Notes under the pieces: model-generated
Seen by the model: only the letters and a program-made list of their open reading frames with translations
The model's database searches: none
Told to the model about the DNA's origin: nothing
Made by a program: the position numbers and the translations under genes
Assembly (NCBI GenBank): GCA_010093605.1
Contig: MU004183.1
Coordinates: 1,798,001 to 1,862,000, forward strand
DNA from: Lophium mytilinum
Taxonomy: Eukaryota
DNA length: 64,000 bases
Direction of reading: 5' to 3'
Part shown: one piece after another, positions 11,520 through 24,207 of the stretch
Numbering within the stretch: position 1 is the stretch's first letter
Layout: every line of letters starts with the position of its first letter

Positions 11520-14500
11520 CTAACCCCTCCTAGTCTTATACTCCTCCTTCAGCGTCCACTTACCCCTCCCACCCGTTCCCCGCTCCAGCACCGCAATCTC
11601 ATTCAGCATCGCCTTGAACTCCGCCGTGCGCTGCGCCGTCCCACAAAACCGATTGAACTGGTTGATCAACGCCTGCGTATGCACCTTCCCCCCATGCACA
11701 TTGATGAAGTCGCGGATTAGCTCCAAGAAATCGCGGCCCTTGGGCTGCTGATTTTGCGTCGTCGCCGCCGCACCGCGGCCTCTACCCGCGCCGCCCTGGC
11801 CCTGTCGCGTAGCCAGATTCGAAAGAACAGAAGAGCTCGACGGGCCGCCTCTGCCGCCGCCACGACCGGCACCCAGGTTCCGCGGCGGAGGAAGACGTTG
11901 CTGAGGGCGCCCAGCGACGCCTACGACGCCGGTCCAGGTAGGCACGCCGGCTGGGATGGTCCTCGCGATCTCGGCGGAGCGCTGTAGCTCGCGCGCGGCT
12001 TCGGCAGCGACCTTGCGGGCTTCTTGGGCGATGATCTTGGGGTCGGGCGCGTATTTCGGCTTGCCGGTTCGCGAGTTGAGGATGACGTCGTGCTCGAGCG
12101 CGGAGTGGACGCCAGAGCGGGCGAAGATGGTGCTGAGAAGCCGGTCGCCTTTCTCCTTTGAGGCTTCGGGGTCGTCGTTGGCATTGTCGCTGGAGTCAGA
12201 CTCCTCGGGTGCGTAAGCTTCCTGGCGAGAGACGCCGGTGATGGCTTCGAGATTCTGGGCTGATGTGCCGGTGGATGCGCCGTTGTGAGCTCGCTGCAAT
12301 TGCAAGGATTCCGGGTCTGTTGGAGGAGTAGGCATGCTGCGATTTGGTGCTGCGCCTGCCCCTTGGTCGTTGAATTTGACTTCACTACCTCGGAAGAGGT
12401 TGCTGGTTTCGGTTTCCCCGTCATTGGCACTGCCCAAGGAGAACAGATCTTGCAAGTCACGGAGCTGGAAGGTTTGGCGTTGCTTCGGATCTCGGAGGAT
12501 CTTGTTTGTCAGGAACTGCTTGAAGATCTGGCGGTGGTAAATCTTTTCCTCGATAGTTCCTGCGGTCATCAGACGGTAAATCTCAACCTCTCGCTTCTGG
12601 CCGAGTCGCCATGCTCGTTCACGAGCTTGGATATCTGTCGATGGGTTCCAGTCAGGGTCGAAGATGATCACGCGGTCTGCGCCAGTCAAGTTAACGCCAA
12701 GTCCGCCGACCTTGGTGGTAAGCAGAAAGACGTGGAGGTCCGGATCGTTGTTGAACTCATCAACCATAGCCTGCCGATCTTTGATAGCAGTATTTCCATC
12801 CATACGGCGATACTTGAAGTCGCCTTTCATGCCCTTGACGAACTTCTCGAGTATATCCAGCATGATCCGGTGTTGAGCGAACAATAGGGTTTTGTGACCG
12901 TCCTTCTTCCAGATTTCCAGAAGGGCCTTAACGACTTGCATCTTTCCTGACTTGACGCCAGATCCATAGTTGAACCCCTCTTTCTTTGACAAGGTCTTAT
13001 GCTGAACTAGATCTGGGTGGTTACAGATCTTTCGAAGAATGTCAATACCGAAGAGCATCTGCCGCTTGCCGTTGAGGATCGAGTTCATATCATCCGATGC
13101 TAGAAACTGCTCATAAGCCTCTCGTTGCTGTCTCGTCAGCTTGCAGAAGAGAACACGCTCGCTCTTTTTGGGCAGATCCGCGGCTACGTCAACCTTGAAG
13201 CGTTGTAAGAGATACGGGCTGATAGACTCTTTCAAGGTCTCTGCGCATCTCATTGCTGTTTCGACATCCAGGTTCGACGCATTCGCATAGCCGCCTTTCT
13301 TGATCGGGAATTCGAAAGAGTTACGGAATCGGACGAGGGTTCCCAATCGCATGGGAAAGACGAAGTCGAAAAGAGACCAAAGCTCGGTCAAGTTGTTTTG
13401 CATTGGCGTTCCAGATAAGATGACCCGATTTGGAGTCCTCAACTCCTTGCAGAAGATGGTGATGGCAGTGTTCGGGTTGCGAATCTTGTGGCCTTCATCC
13501 AAGACAGCGTACTCCCAGTCGGTAGGAACAAGAAACTCGGCGTAGCTCTGTAATCCGGAGTATGTGGTGATCAGCACATGTCCGTCCCGCTTGACCTTGT
13601 CAACAATCTTCTTTGCGGCCTTTGCAGCCTTGGTAAGAGGCTTTCGTTCATCGTCATAGCTCCTAGACTCCAGCTCTCGCTCCATCTGGCTCTCGCGACG
13701 GGTATCCATCATACCGCTTCCAGACGAATGCAGGATAGAGACACGCATCGGAGGCCACCATCGATGGAACTCGTTGACCCAGTTTTTCATGACAGTAGCC
13801 GGAGTGACGACGATGATAGGTTTGGTGATTTTCTTGGAGTAGTGAAGACCGGCCAAGAACGAGATGATCTGAATGGTTTTACCCAATCCCATCTCATCGC
13901 CGATGATGCCACCAACCTGCTGGCTGTACAGCTCGCCCAGCCATTGTACTCCAGTTTTCTGATAGTCGAAGAGAGAGGGATAAATATCACCAGGAATACG
14001 CAAGCCACCTTCTAGCTCGACATCAGCGCGAGTTGGGTGTGGCTTGTACCATTCCTCCTCGTCCGGATCGTTCGCGTCGTCTTCAGTTGCCGGTGCCTCA
14101 TCAGCTTGGGTAGCACGCTTTGCTTTCGCGCGTGTCCTAGCTTCCGAACGACTCTTAGCCCAGTGCTTCAGCCGGCTCTCGTAAACTTTTTCGTTGCCGT
14201 CATCAACACCAGCAAGGTCCTCCTTTTCCTCAACCGCTCCAGTAGCTTTGGACTTCTTCACTGGCGCCTTGCGCTTGCGGGGTGGAGTATCCAAGACGTA
14301 ATCGTCACCGGAGTCCTCTCCTTGCTCGTCAGCCGAGTCTTCAAGAGCAGTTGGAGTGTCCATTTCAGGATCAAAGGCGTCGTCAGACCCTCCACCGGGG
14401 CTCTCTGCTGGGGTGGAAGCCGGTGTTCCACTGGACGATGCGACTCGACGCCTCTTCGATGGCCGTTCAGTGGAAGGAGGAGACGGGGATGAGCTGTCGG

Positions 14501-15287
14501 TTTCATCCGCAAATCCTGGGTTCATCAGGTTTCGGTGCGATACTGGGCCCTGGGAAAACTCGTCTAGCATAGGCGTCGACTCGTCCTCTTCGTCGCCAGC
14601 GGCTTCGGCGTCGAGCATGACATCGCCGAGGTCATCCGATATAGTCGGCACCTGAGCAAGCTTCGAGAAGGGCGTGATTTTGCCAGTTCGAATCAAGAAT
14701 TCGCGACGGGTTTCGTTTGGAAGTGGTTGATTGCCTGCGACCTCTGCCTGCTCTCCCGCTTCGGCTCCATTCTTCCGCCTATCTTCTACACGAGCCTGAA
14801 TCTGCTTGAGCTCGATATCGAGTTCCTCAATTCTAGCTTCGGCATGCGCAATGTCTTGACGAATTTTATTCTTAACAGACTGGCCAGCGGGGATCTTAAG
14901 ACGCTGCTCAAGTCGCTTGACCTGGGTGATGTATCGCTGCTTCTCGCCTTCGGTTTTGTCCATACGCTTCTGTTCGCGTTCGTCGGCCTGCTCGTTGAGG
15001 ATCTGGTCAGCCTGACGGCCGATGTCTCTCTCAAGATCATCTTGATCGCGGATCGCAGTGGCAAGCATCTTCAGACGGGCTTCTCCATCAGCATCTTCAT
15101 CGAGCTCGTCTTCCTCGAGTATAGTAGGGTCGTGCGCAGGGACTTCCTGATCGTCTGCTTTGGATTTGCCCTTGTCTTGGTGACCAGCACCAGAGGCGGC
15201 GGAGGGAGACATGGTGGGGTTTGCGGGTTCGACGGGTGGCGATGGATCAGTAGTAGGGTCCGGCATGGTTCGAGTCAAGTCGTACAT
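11520..15287 (-). CDS. RAD26: Transcription-coupled repair SNF2-family ATPase Rad26/Rhp26 (CSB/ERCC6 orthologue), intronless
   Basis: GGIIGDEMGLGKT, LDEGHKIRNPN, LSGTPMQNNLTELWSLFDF, DPDWNPSTDIQARERAWRLGQKR, N-terminal LIRTGKITPF and C-terminal FKAMLNEIA region. The first in-frame ATGs are at 15287 and 15266. Confidence 0.95.
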   Translation of the reverse strand: MYDLTRTMPDPTTDPSPPVEPANPTMSPSAASGAGHQDKGKSKADDQEVPAHDPTILEEDELDEDADGEARLKMLATAIRDQDDLERDIGRQADQILNEQADEREQKRMDKTEGEKQRYITQVKRLEQRLKIPAGQSVKNKIRQDIAHAEARIEELDIELKQIQARVEDRRKNGAEAGEQAEVAGNQPLPNETRREFLIRTGKITPFSKLAQVPTISDDLGDVMLDAEAAGDEEDESTPMLDEFSQGPVSHRNLMNPGFADETDSSSPSPPSTERPSKRRRVASSSGTPASTPAESPGGGSDDAFDPEMDTPTALEDSADEQGEDSGDDYVLDTPPRKRKAPVKKSKATGAVEEKEDLAGVDDGNEKVYESRLKHWAKSRSEARTRAKAKRATQADEAPATEDDANDPDEEEWYKPHPTRADVELEGGLRIPGDIYPSLFDYQKTGVQWLGELYSQQVGGIIGDEMGLGKTIQIISFLAGLHYSKKITKPIIVVTPATVMKNWVNEFHRWWPPMRVSILHSSGSGMMDTRRESQMERELESRSYDDERKPLTKAAKAAKKIVDKVKRDGHVLITTYSGLQSYAEFLVPTDWEYAVLDEGHKIRNPNTAITIFCKELRTPNRVILSGTPMQNNLTELWSLFDFVFPMRLGTLVRFRNSFEFPIKKGGYANASNLDVETAMRCAETLKESISPYLLQRFKVDVAADLPKKSERVLFCKLTRQQREAYEQFLASDDMNSILNGKRQMLFGIDILRKICNHPDLVQHKTLSKKEGFNYGSGVKSGKMQVVKALLEIWKKDGHKTLLFAQHRIMLDILEKFVKGMKGDFKYRRMDGNTAIKDRQAMVDEFNNDPDLHVFLLTTKVGGLGVNLTGADRVIIFDPDWNPSTDIQARERAWRLGQKREVEIYRLMTAGTIEEKIYHRQIFKQFLTNKILRDPKQRQTFQLRDLQDLFSLGSANDGETETSNLFRGSEVKFNDQGAGAAPNRSMPTPPTDPESLQLQRAHNGASTGTSAQNLEAITGVSRQEAYAPEESDSSDNANDDPEASKEKGDRLLSTIFARSGVHSALEHDVILNSRTGKPKYAPDPKIIAQEARKVAAEAARELQRSAEIARTIPAGVPTWTGVVGVAGRPQQRLPPPRNLGAGRGGGRGGPSSSSVLSNLATRQGQGGAGRGRGAAATTQNQQPKGRDFLELIRDFINVHGGKVHTQALINQFNRFCGTAQRTAEFKAMLNEIAVLERGTGGRGKWTLKEEYKTRRG

Positions 15288-16456
15288 GAGTTTGGAGGAG
15301 TCGTAAGAGTCGAGGGAAGGGAAAGATGCGTCGAAGCTGGTGAATGTAGTGCGCACGCTCTCTTCACCGGGAAGAGCAACGGAGAAGTGTGGTGGAGAGG
15401 AATGGGGAGGTGGTGTTCATTCTGGAGGAAGGGAGAATGAGAGAGAGGAGGTCGCAGCGAAGGCGAGAAGAGTGGAACGGCTGAATAGCGAGGGACAATA
15501 GGAAGCAGAGTGAAGAGTGAAATGTGTGAGGCGGCGGCTTCAAGGCTGCCGCTCGATGAAGTCACGGTAAATTTTAGCGCGTCGCACGGGCCCGCACAGA
15601 TCCCTGTCACCTTTCACATCTCCCCGCACTATCCCCGAGGAGCCTCATCTTCGACGCCACCAGAGATGGAGAGCTGTCGATCTCGACAAGCCTGTGGGTA
15701 GGCATAAATACCACGTTTGATCTGAGCTTTGCTTTATATTCTATTCAATCTAGAGTCATGGTTATCGCAATTCATCTTGTGCCCCTTGCCTAAAGCCAAT
15801 TCCAAGAGCACATAATTGAGGCGTGCGGACGCAAATAATCGATTCACACTGGGTTACATCTTTCTTTCTAGTCAATACTCTTTTGATACTGGCCCTTAAG
15901 TTTCGCAAGATGATGCCAACACAATGTTGACTTACCGCAAGTTTCCTACCTCAAATTCCCCATGGACTGTAATGACTATCTCGCTCAAAAGTCCGATCAG
16001 AACACAAGATACCTTTGTAGCATAGGGCATGTCTCTGCTAGTAGAGTAACTGTTTCTCAATTTCAATCTGCGTCTTTCTTTATAGCTATCAGGTCCAAAG
16101 CGGGCTTGTGATCGATAACCACGACACTATTGGTTCATGGCAGCCTATTCGTGTATTATTGGAGTTACAGGGCAATAAGTATTCCCAAGGCTCGTTCTCT
16201 TTTTGCGTGGAGATGGACTGATTGCACCATTACTCAACTTTCCACTTTGAACATCCCGTGATGTGTTGCAGCTACTGCGTGGGGGCCAAGTTTAGCGGCT
16301 GTGATTCGATGACGAATACCAGGGTGCCCTGGAGGCCTGGAAGTGAGTAAGGCGGAGCTATTCTCAGCCTCCTCGTACCTCGCAGCCTAGCACCTTCATC
16401 CCTTTAGAGCTGCAATTTCGCTCCTCGACGCCCGCATTCTTATCAAAGTCCCAACG

Positions 16457-19400
16457 ATGCCGGACGACACATCGTTATCTGTTGAGGTTTTCGAAAGCGT
16501 GGTATCTCCCATATTCGAGGGTAGCGAGGCCCTAGCAGACGCCGACATTGACACTATCTCGGATCTCTTGATCCTCCGCGGTAAAGAAGAATGGGCACTC
16601 AGGCCAAGGACGTACGCCGTTCTACGGATGATGAACAGGCTTGACGCAATGGGTACTTTCATTCATTACAGGCTGAATGATTTCAATATCCCGTATACAG
16701 TGGACCGTCTGCTCTCGGTATTCAGCGACTATAGCAGCAGGGAATCATTCGTAGAGAAGCAAACGCTTGTCGTTACAAAAGAGTCGGGAAAGGCGTATGA
16801 TCTAGAGCGGAATCGAGGCCGACATCGTCATTTTGGTGAGCTTCCCCTCAATGAGCTACGTCAAGATAGCACTAACGATCTATAGCCTATGATGCCGACA
16901 GCCATTTCGTCGTTATCAGGCGTCTCGGCCGTGGTGGGTTTGGTGAAGTTGATTGTGTTAGAAGCAAGCTTTCGCTCAGAGAGTATGCGGTTCGTAGTCT
17001 AGTCTTGGGGCAGGCCACCGTCCGCAAGCTAACCTTAGATAGCGGAAAAGAGTGCACCGTGTGAAGGCGTTTGCTAAGGAGCATTCCGCTTTGAAACAAT
17101 TTGAAAACGAAGTACACGAGTTAAAGCGACTCGACCACCATCATCTCGTCAAATTCATTGGGTGAGTTTCCTCAGGCGGTCAAGTTATCAATTTCCATAA
17201 TGCTTATTCTAGAAGTTCATATACCGACCCAAAATACGTTGGACTCATAACCTCTCCCGTGGCAGACTGCGATCTTCGAGCTTTCCTTGCTCGGACGCCG
17301 TTTACTACTTCTGACGCAGAGTTACTCCGAGGATTCTTTGGCTGTCTATGTTCTGCAGTGTCCTACTTGCACTCGCAGAAATGCCGGCACAAAGACATCA
17401 AGCCGGCAAACATCCTGATCAAAGGTCAGACTGTGCTGCTCACAGATTTTGGGACTGCCAGAGATTGGAACGACATGTCTAAAAGCACGACGGTCGACAA
17501 ACCAGGCCCATACACCCCCGCATATTGTGCGCCGGAAGTTATCGCGTGGGAATCCCGGAACTCGTCGTCAGATATATACTCCTTAGGGATGGTATTTCTA
17601 GACATGACTGTAAGGCTCTGACTTGTTTCGTCATAAGTATCGGCACTAATTTGGTTTACTAGACTGTGCTGTGTGGAGAGAGCCTCGAAAGCAAACGCCG
17701 ATTCTTTGAAAGCCATGGTACCAAAGAGCTATTTGCTCGCAATAACGAAGAGGCGTTTCTGCTTTGGCTGAACAAACTTGCTAAATGTCAAGACGGCGCC
17801 CCTGTGCCTTGGATCCGAAAAATGACTCTGGGGCTTCCAAAAGATCGTAAGACCGCAGCTGAGATAATGGAGGACATCCTGAGCCACGAAAACGATCGCA
17901 TCTACTACACGTCATGCTGTAATGGGGAGTACACGATGTACGACGAGACCGAGAGTGAGAACTACGAGTTTGATGACGAAGCGGTAGATTCGGCAGCTAT
18001 AACATTGGCTGCTGGTGGTGATCAGGGGGAAGTATTGAGTGGAACGAGTTCTACATTCTCAGCCCTTTCTCGTGCTATCACAAAGCACAACTTCCTTGAG
18101 TTCAACAAACTAATCGAAAGGGGGGCTGACTTTCGCGAACGAGATCCCAAAGGAAAGACGCTACTGCACATCGCCGCAGCTCATGGCCAACCCAAAATCA
18201 TGGCAGCACTCTTGGATCGTGGTCTAGACATCGAGTCTCTAACACATGATGAATGCACGCCTCTGCACACAGCTATTCCAGAAGAGGAGGAAGAGGCGAT
18301 AAAACTGCTCTTGGAACGGGGCGCGAACCCGAATGCTCGAAATACTTCTGGCAATACTCCGTTGATCCTAGCCGCTCAGAACGGCAACACCAAGATCATA
18401 GAGCTACTGCTGAGTAAAGGCGCCGAAATCAACGGAAAGAACGATGTAGGCGCGACAAGTTTACATCAGGCCATTGAGCACAACGAGCCTGCAGCAGTAT
18501 TTGCGTTACTCTCGCAGCCTGGAATCAATGTCGAAGCAAGGATGACCGACGGATGGACGCCACTGCATTCGGCGGGTAGTATTGGGCTTGAAGTGGTTAT
18601 CGAGTCACTCCTGGTTAACGGAGCTGACATTTCAGCTGTGCAAAGCGACTCATTTTCCGCTCTACACCTCGCGTCCAGGAACGGCCACGAAGAGGCCGTC
18701 AAGATTCTCCTCTTCAATGGAGCAAACTCGGACGCCGCATGTGCTTGCCATAGCATAACCCCCCTCATTTTGGCCGCACAAAACGGCTATACATCCATTG
18801 TACGGCTCTTGCTAGACAACGGAGCGAATGTGGAGGCAACATCGATCAGTGGGAATACTCCCCTGCTCGCATCTGTCAACCAGGGTGAAGATATCGATAC
18901 CTTACATCTTCTCCTGAATGGGGGAGCAGACGCTCTAGCTGCCGACTCGGGCGGCATGACTGCATTGCATTACGCCGCGAAGCACAACCGGATCCAAATA
19001 CTGGATCTCCTTCTCGATCATTTTCGCAGCCATCAGCTTGGTGGTGTAGACTTCCCGGACACGGACGGAGATACACCTCTCCACCAAAGCGCGTACCAAG
19101 GGTACATTGCCGCGGCGACCCGACTCCTCGACTACGGTGCCAATATAGAAGCCCGCGATAACAGAGGTGGAACACCGTTATGGCTAGCAGCTGAGCTAGG
19201 ACAAGTCGAGTTCGTGAAGATGCTAGTATCCCGCGGCGCCGACATAGACGCGGTGGATGACGATACCGGTTATGCTGCAATCAATCGTGCTGCTGCACAA
19301 GGACAGGTCGAAGTCATCAAAGTATTGAACGAGCTTGGGGCTAACATGAAATCTCGAGCTATCAGTACCAGTTTCATGCCTATCTATGATACCGTGTTAT

Positions 19401-20511
19401 CAAACAAGGAAGAGGCGTTGAAGTTCTTCCTCGATCACGGATATTACGACAAGGAGATGTTGGTATCGTGTCTCTACTGTGCCTGTAACGAAGGATACAA
19501 CGGCGCAGCACGGCTGTTAGTCCAGGCCGGCGCTGATACCTCGGGCTACGAAACCTCAGTGCGGTTGTTGATGGAAGACATGGAAGAAGAAGAGCGAGAC
19601 GAGTTCTTCAAGGATACACGAAGCGTTGAAAGGGTAAGTTGCTACATCTACGTATAACTGTGATAAGAACTAAACCGTCTTTCGTTTAGCTATGCAAGTC
19701 CCTAGGACTGGACAGTACTTTCATTAGACCTGCCTATTTGATGTGCGAGAAAGACGAGGAATTAACGGAAGAGCTCTTACTCGAACTGTTTGAGGGGAAA
19801 GATGCCGTCACAACGGAGAAGAAAGACGCCGTCGCAACAGAAGGAAAGGATGCCGACACAACACAGTCGTTCAGTGAATCCTGTGGACACCCAACTATCC
19901 TTACACCGGACAGCACAGTAGACGCTATAACTATATCGCCAAAACCCTCTCATTCTTCCCCACGCCCACCGTCAGCATCCCCAACTCCATCGCCATCACA
20001 ATCACAGTCATCAATACCACCGCCACTCAAGCCCAAGCCAAAGCGCAAACCACCCCCACCACCGAAGAAACCAGCTTTCCTAAGCGTAGGCAGCACGAGC
20101 TCGACATCCACCAGCCCTACCAGATCACCAAAAGTGCCGCCAAAGCCATCACAGCGCGAGGCTTCAATCCCAAAGTTAGCGGACTTGGAAATCCCAATCA
20201 CAAGAACCCCATCGCCGCCTCCAATACGCCCGATAATCACGATCCGCCGTCTCGATCCGAGCAAGATCGCTCCGTCGCGTTTCCAACAGTCAGACCCTGT
20301 AGATCGGGCGGCCGTCACGCCTTCGCCTAGGCCCACGCGCACACTCTCTCCGAAACCATCGCCGTCGGTCAGGTTTGCGCCGGAGCCGAGGCTGATACCC
20401 TCGAGATCGCCCGCGCCACGGGCGGCTAGGTATGAGAGTCAAGATAGCAACGGCGACGATGATGCGGATCTGAAGGCGGCGATTGCGGCGAGTTTGGAGA
20501 TGCTAAGGTGA
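16457..20511 (+). CDS. Ser/Thr protein kinase + long ankyrin-repeat array + UBA-like + Pro-rich linker + UIM (6 exons)
   Basis: LGRGGFGEV, RHKDIKPANILI, TDFG, YCAPE; more than 10 G.TPLH.AA..G repeats; intron 19634-19689 joins in frame to the 19738-20511 ORF, which ends DDDADLKAAIAASLEMLR. Confidence 0.85.
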
Positions 20512-21638
20512 GAGTGCGGTGGGTGGGATGTATGATACGATACCCTGCATTTGCATAGTAACATATATGAAGAGTTCTCACGTTTCAGGTTGTGATGATG
20601 TGACTTGGTCATGCCGTGCACGTGCTCTAACATCTACGGAGGGTATAAAGTCTGCGTTCGTGCTTTGCACATTTCTTTCTTCATGGGAATCTCATTATTG
20701 GGATGGGTGGTGGGATCAAAACCTGCGACTTCATCAAAGTTATGGACTGGAGTCTTTGTTCAACTCGAGCTATATTGGAGTCAATGGGAGTTTGGTGGAT
20801 GGATCCAAAGACTATACGAAAGAGCTGAATGGGTGGTGTTTGCGCCGGTGGTCGATCAAACTGTGCAAAGGCAAAGGGCCATGGGCGTGGTTCTCTCAGC
20901 TGGTGATGCTACGTATCATTCTCCTCCGCCTGCTCTGATAGTCACCTTTGGCTGCTTTCGAGTACCGCTACTTTCTTCCTTGACGGTTTGCTTCTCAATC
21001 ACCTTAAGTCGCTGATCGATACCATTGAAGAGCGTTGAAGAAGCACCAAACAGTTCCGTCCACTGCAGACACCATAAAGAGGTGCCGCCGTCCCGTACTC
21101 TTTGATTTCCCACCGCAGCAACATCGGACGTCGTCTGGTAGATGTTGCATATCAACCCCAAGCCATTGATCGGATGCGCGCCATGTTTCGATCCTCTCAC
21201 GCCATTCCTCCGCGCTTGTCCTAGATGTGCGAGCGAGGAGGCTTTATACCCACGTTAGGTCGAGGTCACGTGTGCAGCACTGGGCTAATCAGGAGGTTGA
21301 TTTGTGCAATGTTGAAATGTATCAATGGGGACTAACCCGTGCGATTTACACGTAAAGTTAGCATGTTGTTGCAGGATACAAAAGTTTGAAACTAAAATCT
21401 AAATTGGTGTCAAAGACGCTAAGTGCGTGGAGCACTTCCAATTTGCTGACTTCTTGGTATATTCGTTCCCAAACGACCTCTCAGACTCCCTCCGTGTGAA
21501 GTATATTTCCTTCAATGTAGTAATCATTTCGTAGCCAACAGTATGCACAATCCATTTCCCCCTCGCACTGTGCCAGCCAAACTCCTGCCTCTTGAAACGC
21601 CATTCAGCCCTAAGTTACAAACATATCAAACTCCTCCC

Positions 21639-22381
21639 TCACGCCCCCGGTGCATCCGTCAACGGCACATAGCTCACCGCAAACAATCTCTCCCTCACCA
21701 CCCTCCCATCGCCCTTCTTATCCACCACAAAGATATACTGCTGTCCCCCCTCCTCCACCGGCACAAACAGCCGCCCCGGCGCCTTCAATTGCTCCACCAA
21801 CGCCTCATGGTGCTCCGCCGCCGCCGCTCCCACATGGATCGCATCATACGGCGCCCCCTCCTTCCACCCCAACCGCCCATCCCCTTTCACGAACCTCACC
21901 TGCCCGGATGCCAGCATCTCCCGCCCCGACTCTGACTTCCGCATGTTGGCGTCGGCGAGGTCGACGAGGGGCTGGATGTGGTCGATACCGACGACGCTGC
22001 CGGAGGGGCCAACAAGGTGGGCCAAGACGGCGGTGAGGTAGCCGCTGCCGGAGCCGATGTCGAGGACGCGGGACCCGGGGGTTAGGTGCGCGAGGAGGGA
22101 TTCGGCGGCCGAGGCGTGCATGTGCGGGGCGGAGATTGTGGCGGCGTGGCCGATGTATTGGGGGGAGTCTTCGTAGGCGGAGTTGGGAGCATAGTGGGCA
22201 CGGTCGACCTGGAGGGGTTTGGTTTGTTTGTTAGAGTTTGCGGATTGGGAGGAAGTGGTAATATGGTGGTTGGCGGTACCTTTAGCATTGCGTCTTTAAC
22301 GCGGGCGTCTTTGATGAGACCATTGTTGAAGAGGTTGGTGATTAATTCAGCGTTGGTCGCGCCGGAGCAGCGCCAGGCCAT
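21639..22381 (-). CDS. PCM: Protein-L-isoaspartate O-methyltransferase (PIMT), one intron
   Basis: MAWRCSGATNAELI..VDRAHY..DSPQYIGHAATISAPHMHA, VLDIGSGSGYLTA, APYDAIHVGAAA, V.YVPLTD. Confidence 0.95.
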
Positions 22382-22744
22382 GGTGATGTGTCGTTGTTGC
22401 GGAGGGCCGCGCAGGTGGCGGAGGAGAGGTCTGAAGAAAGGCAGAGTGAGGATTGTGAGGAGTGTTGATTTGAGGAGGAGTTTGCGAGTGTCGAGTGCTA
22501 ATATGGATAGCGGTATACAGCTTCAGTAAGATGTTAGAAGACTTGAGCTCAAACGTGGAACGGTGAATGAAATAAAGGTAAGGAGGTGGGGAGATAGCTT
22601 GCCCACTGCGGGACGTCACGAACACCCCCGAAATCCGGGGTAAATATGGCCCGTGCATTCTTCACTTTCTAGAAAGTGAAGATAAGCTTGCGAAACATCC
22701 TGCATCTCAAAATCCTCACGCACCTCAACACCGAATGAACACCA

Positions 22745-23692
22745 ATGGACACCACCCTCACTCCAACCGACCTCTTCTCCCCCTCTAAAGCCCGCCAACA
22801 GCGCGCCCAAGCCCGCGACTGGTCCCACATCGACAGCTGGCTCGCGTCCAAATACGCGGGCCGCAGCGTCCCCACCTTCGAGCGCAATGACGAGACTTTA
22901 AAAGCCCTACGCGCCCTCGCCTTAGCTAACGAGCGCGCCGATGAGGAGCAGCGGCTGTTGGAGAGAGCAGAGCGGGAAGCATTGGCGGAGCTGGAGTCTG
23001 TAAGTAACGCGTCTCAACTCAATTGATCTACACCACACCAAAACTAATCCATAACCCAGGCCACAGAACATCCCACCTCCACCCCCCTCCTCTCCGCCCT
23101 CCTCACCCACCTCCCCCCAACCGGCACCACCTCCCTCACCGCCCTCGCCACCACCTCAATCACCCTAAACACCCCCTCCACCGCCCCCGAAACCCTCGCC
23201 CACGCCCTCATCACCCACACAACCACATCCCACTCCCTCACCACCACCCTCCTCCACCTTCGCACCCTCCACACAACTCTCTCCACCCAGCTTTCCCAGC
23301 TCCGCAGCGAGCTGCAGACGCTGCGCGATGCCGAGTATAAGCCCCCGGCCGCCCTCCCCCGCCAAACCGCCGACCGCACGCGCGTGACGAAGCTGCTGCG
23401 CGCGAAGCAGCGCGAGAGCGAGACGCAGCTCGCCTCGCTCTCGCGGACGGTGCCGAAGAGCGGGGAGACGGACGTTGGATCCGCGGCGGGGTTGGCAGTC
23501 TTAGAAGAGCGGGAGCGGGGGCTTTTGGAGCTGTGGGAGCGGGTGGCGGAGCTGGAAGCGCAGGTGCAAGGGTTCAAGGGCTTGCCCATGGAGAAAGAAG
23601 GGGCGCGGCGGGAGGTGAGGAGGGTGGAGGGGGAGTTGGAGGCGTTGAAGCGGCGACGGGATGGGATGTTTGAGGGGCTGGTGGGGATTTAG
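22745..23692 (+). CDS. HAUS/augmin complex subunit 1-like coiled-coil protein (intron 23000-23059)
   Basis: W..IDSWLASKY....VPTFERN.ETLKAL..LA.ANE.ADEE N-terminus and F.GLP....AR.EV.R...EL..LKRRRD C-terminus resemble the HAUS1 family. Confidence 0.7.
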
Positions 23693-24207
23693 GTGCAGTT
23701 TAGGGGATTTTCCTGAATGGATTCCTGAATGGATTATGGTTGAACGGCAGGGCTGGAGGGAGCCCTCGTTTTTGCTATAGGCTCGGTGTACACCCTTGAG
23801 TTAATTGTGATAGTCATAGCGGCAGTGGGGCTTGCGACTAGAGATATGCGGTACGAGGGAATAACTTTTGCATATCGAGAAAGGTATCATAAGGTAACTA
23901 CCGAACATCTCGGCTTCCTACGCGTGAAGAAAGCCAACACATGTCACGGAGAGCTTTGGGCTAGCACCGTACGACTGAAGCAAGTGTAAAGGAGATGAGG
24001 CCGGATTGGGCAATCAAAGGCAATCTTTCCACCCCTCGCAGCGCTAAAACGAATGCAGCAAAGAAAGGAGAAACACAAATAGGAAAAAGAGACACCTGGG
24101 TATATATCCTCAAGCCCTTTCTTCACGCAAATGTACTAACGACAGTGTGAAGAAATGAATAAGAGACAAAGACCAAGTAGCAAGTTACAAGCACACAGCC
24201 TAAAGAA

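Noticed and set aside
20519..21200. Short ORFs between the kinase and PIMT genes
   Set aside because: No motifs or consistent exon structure.
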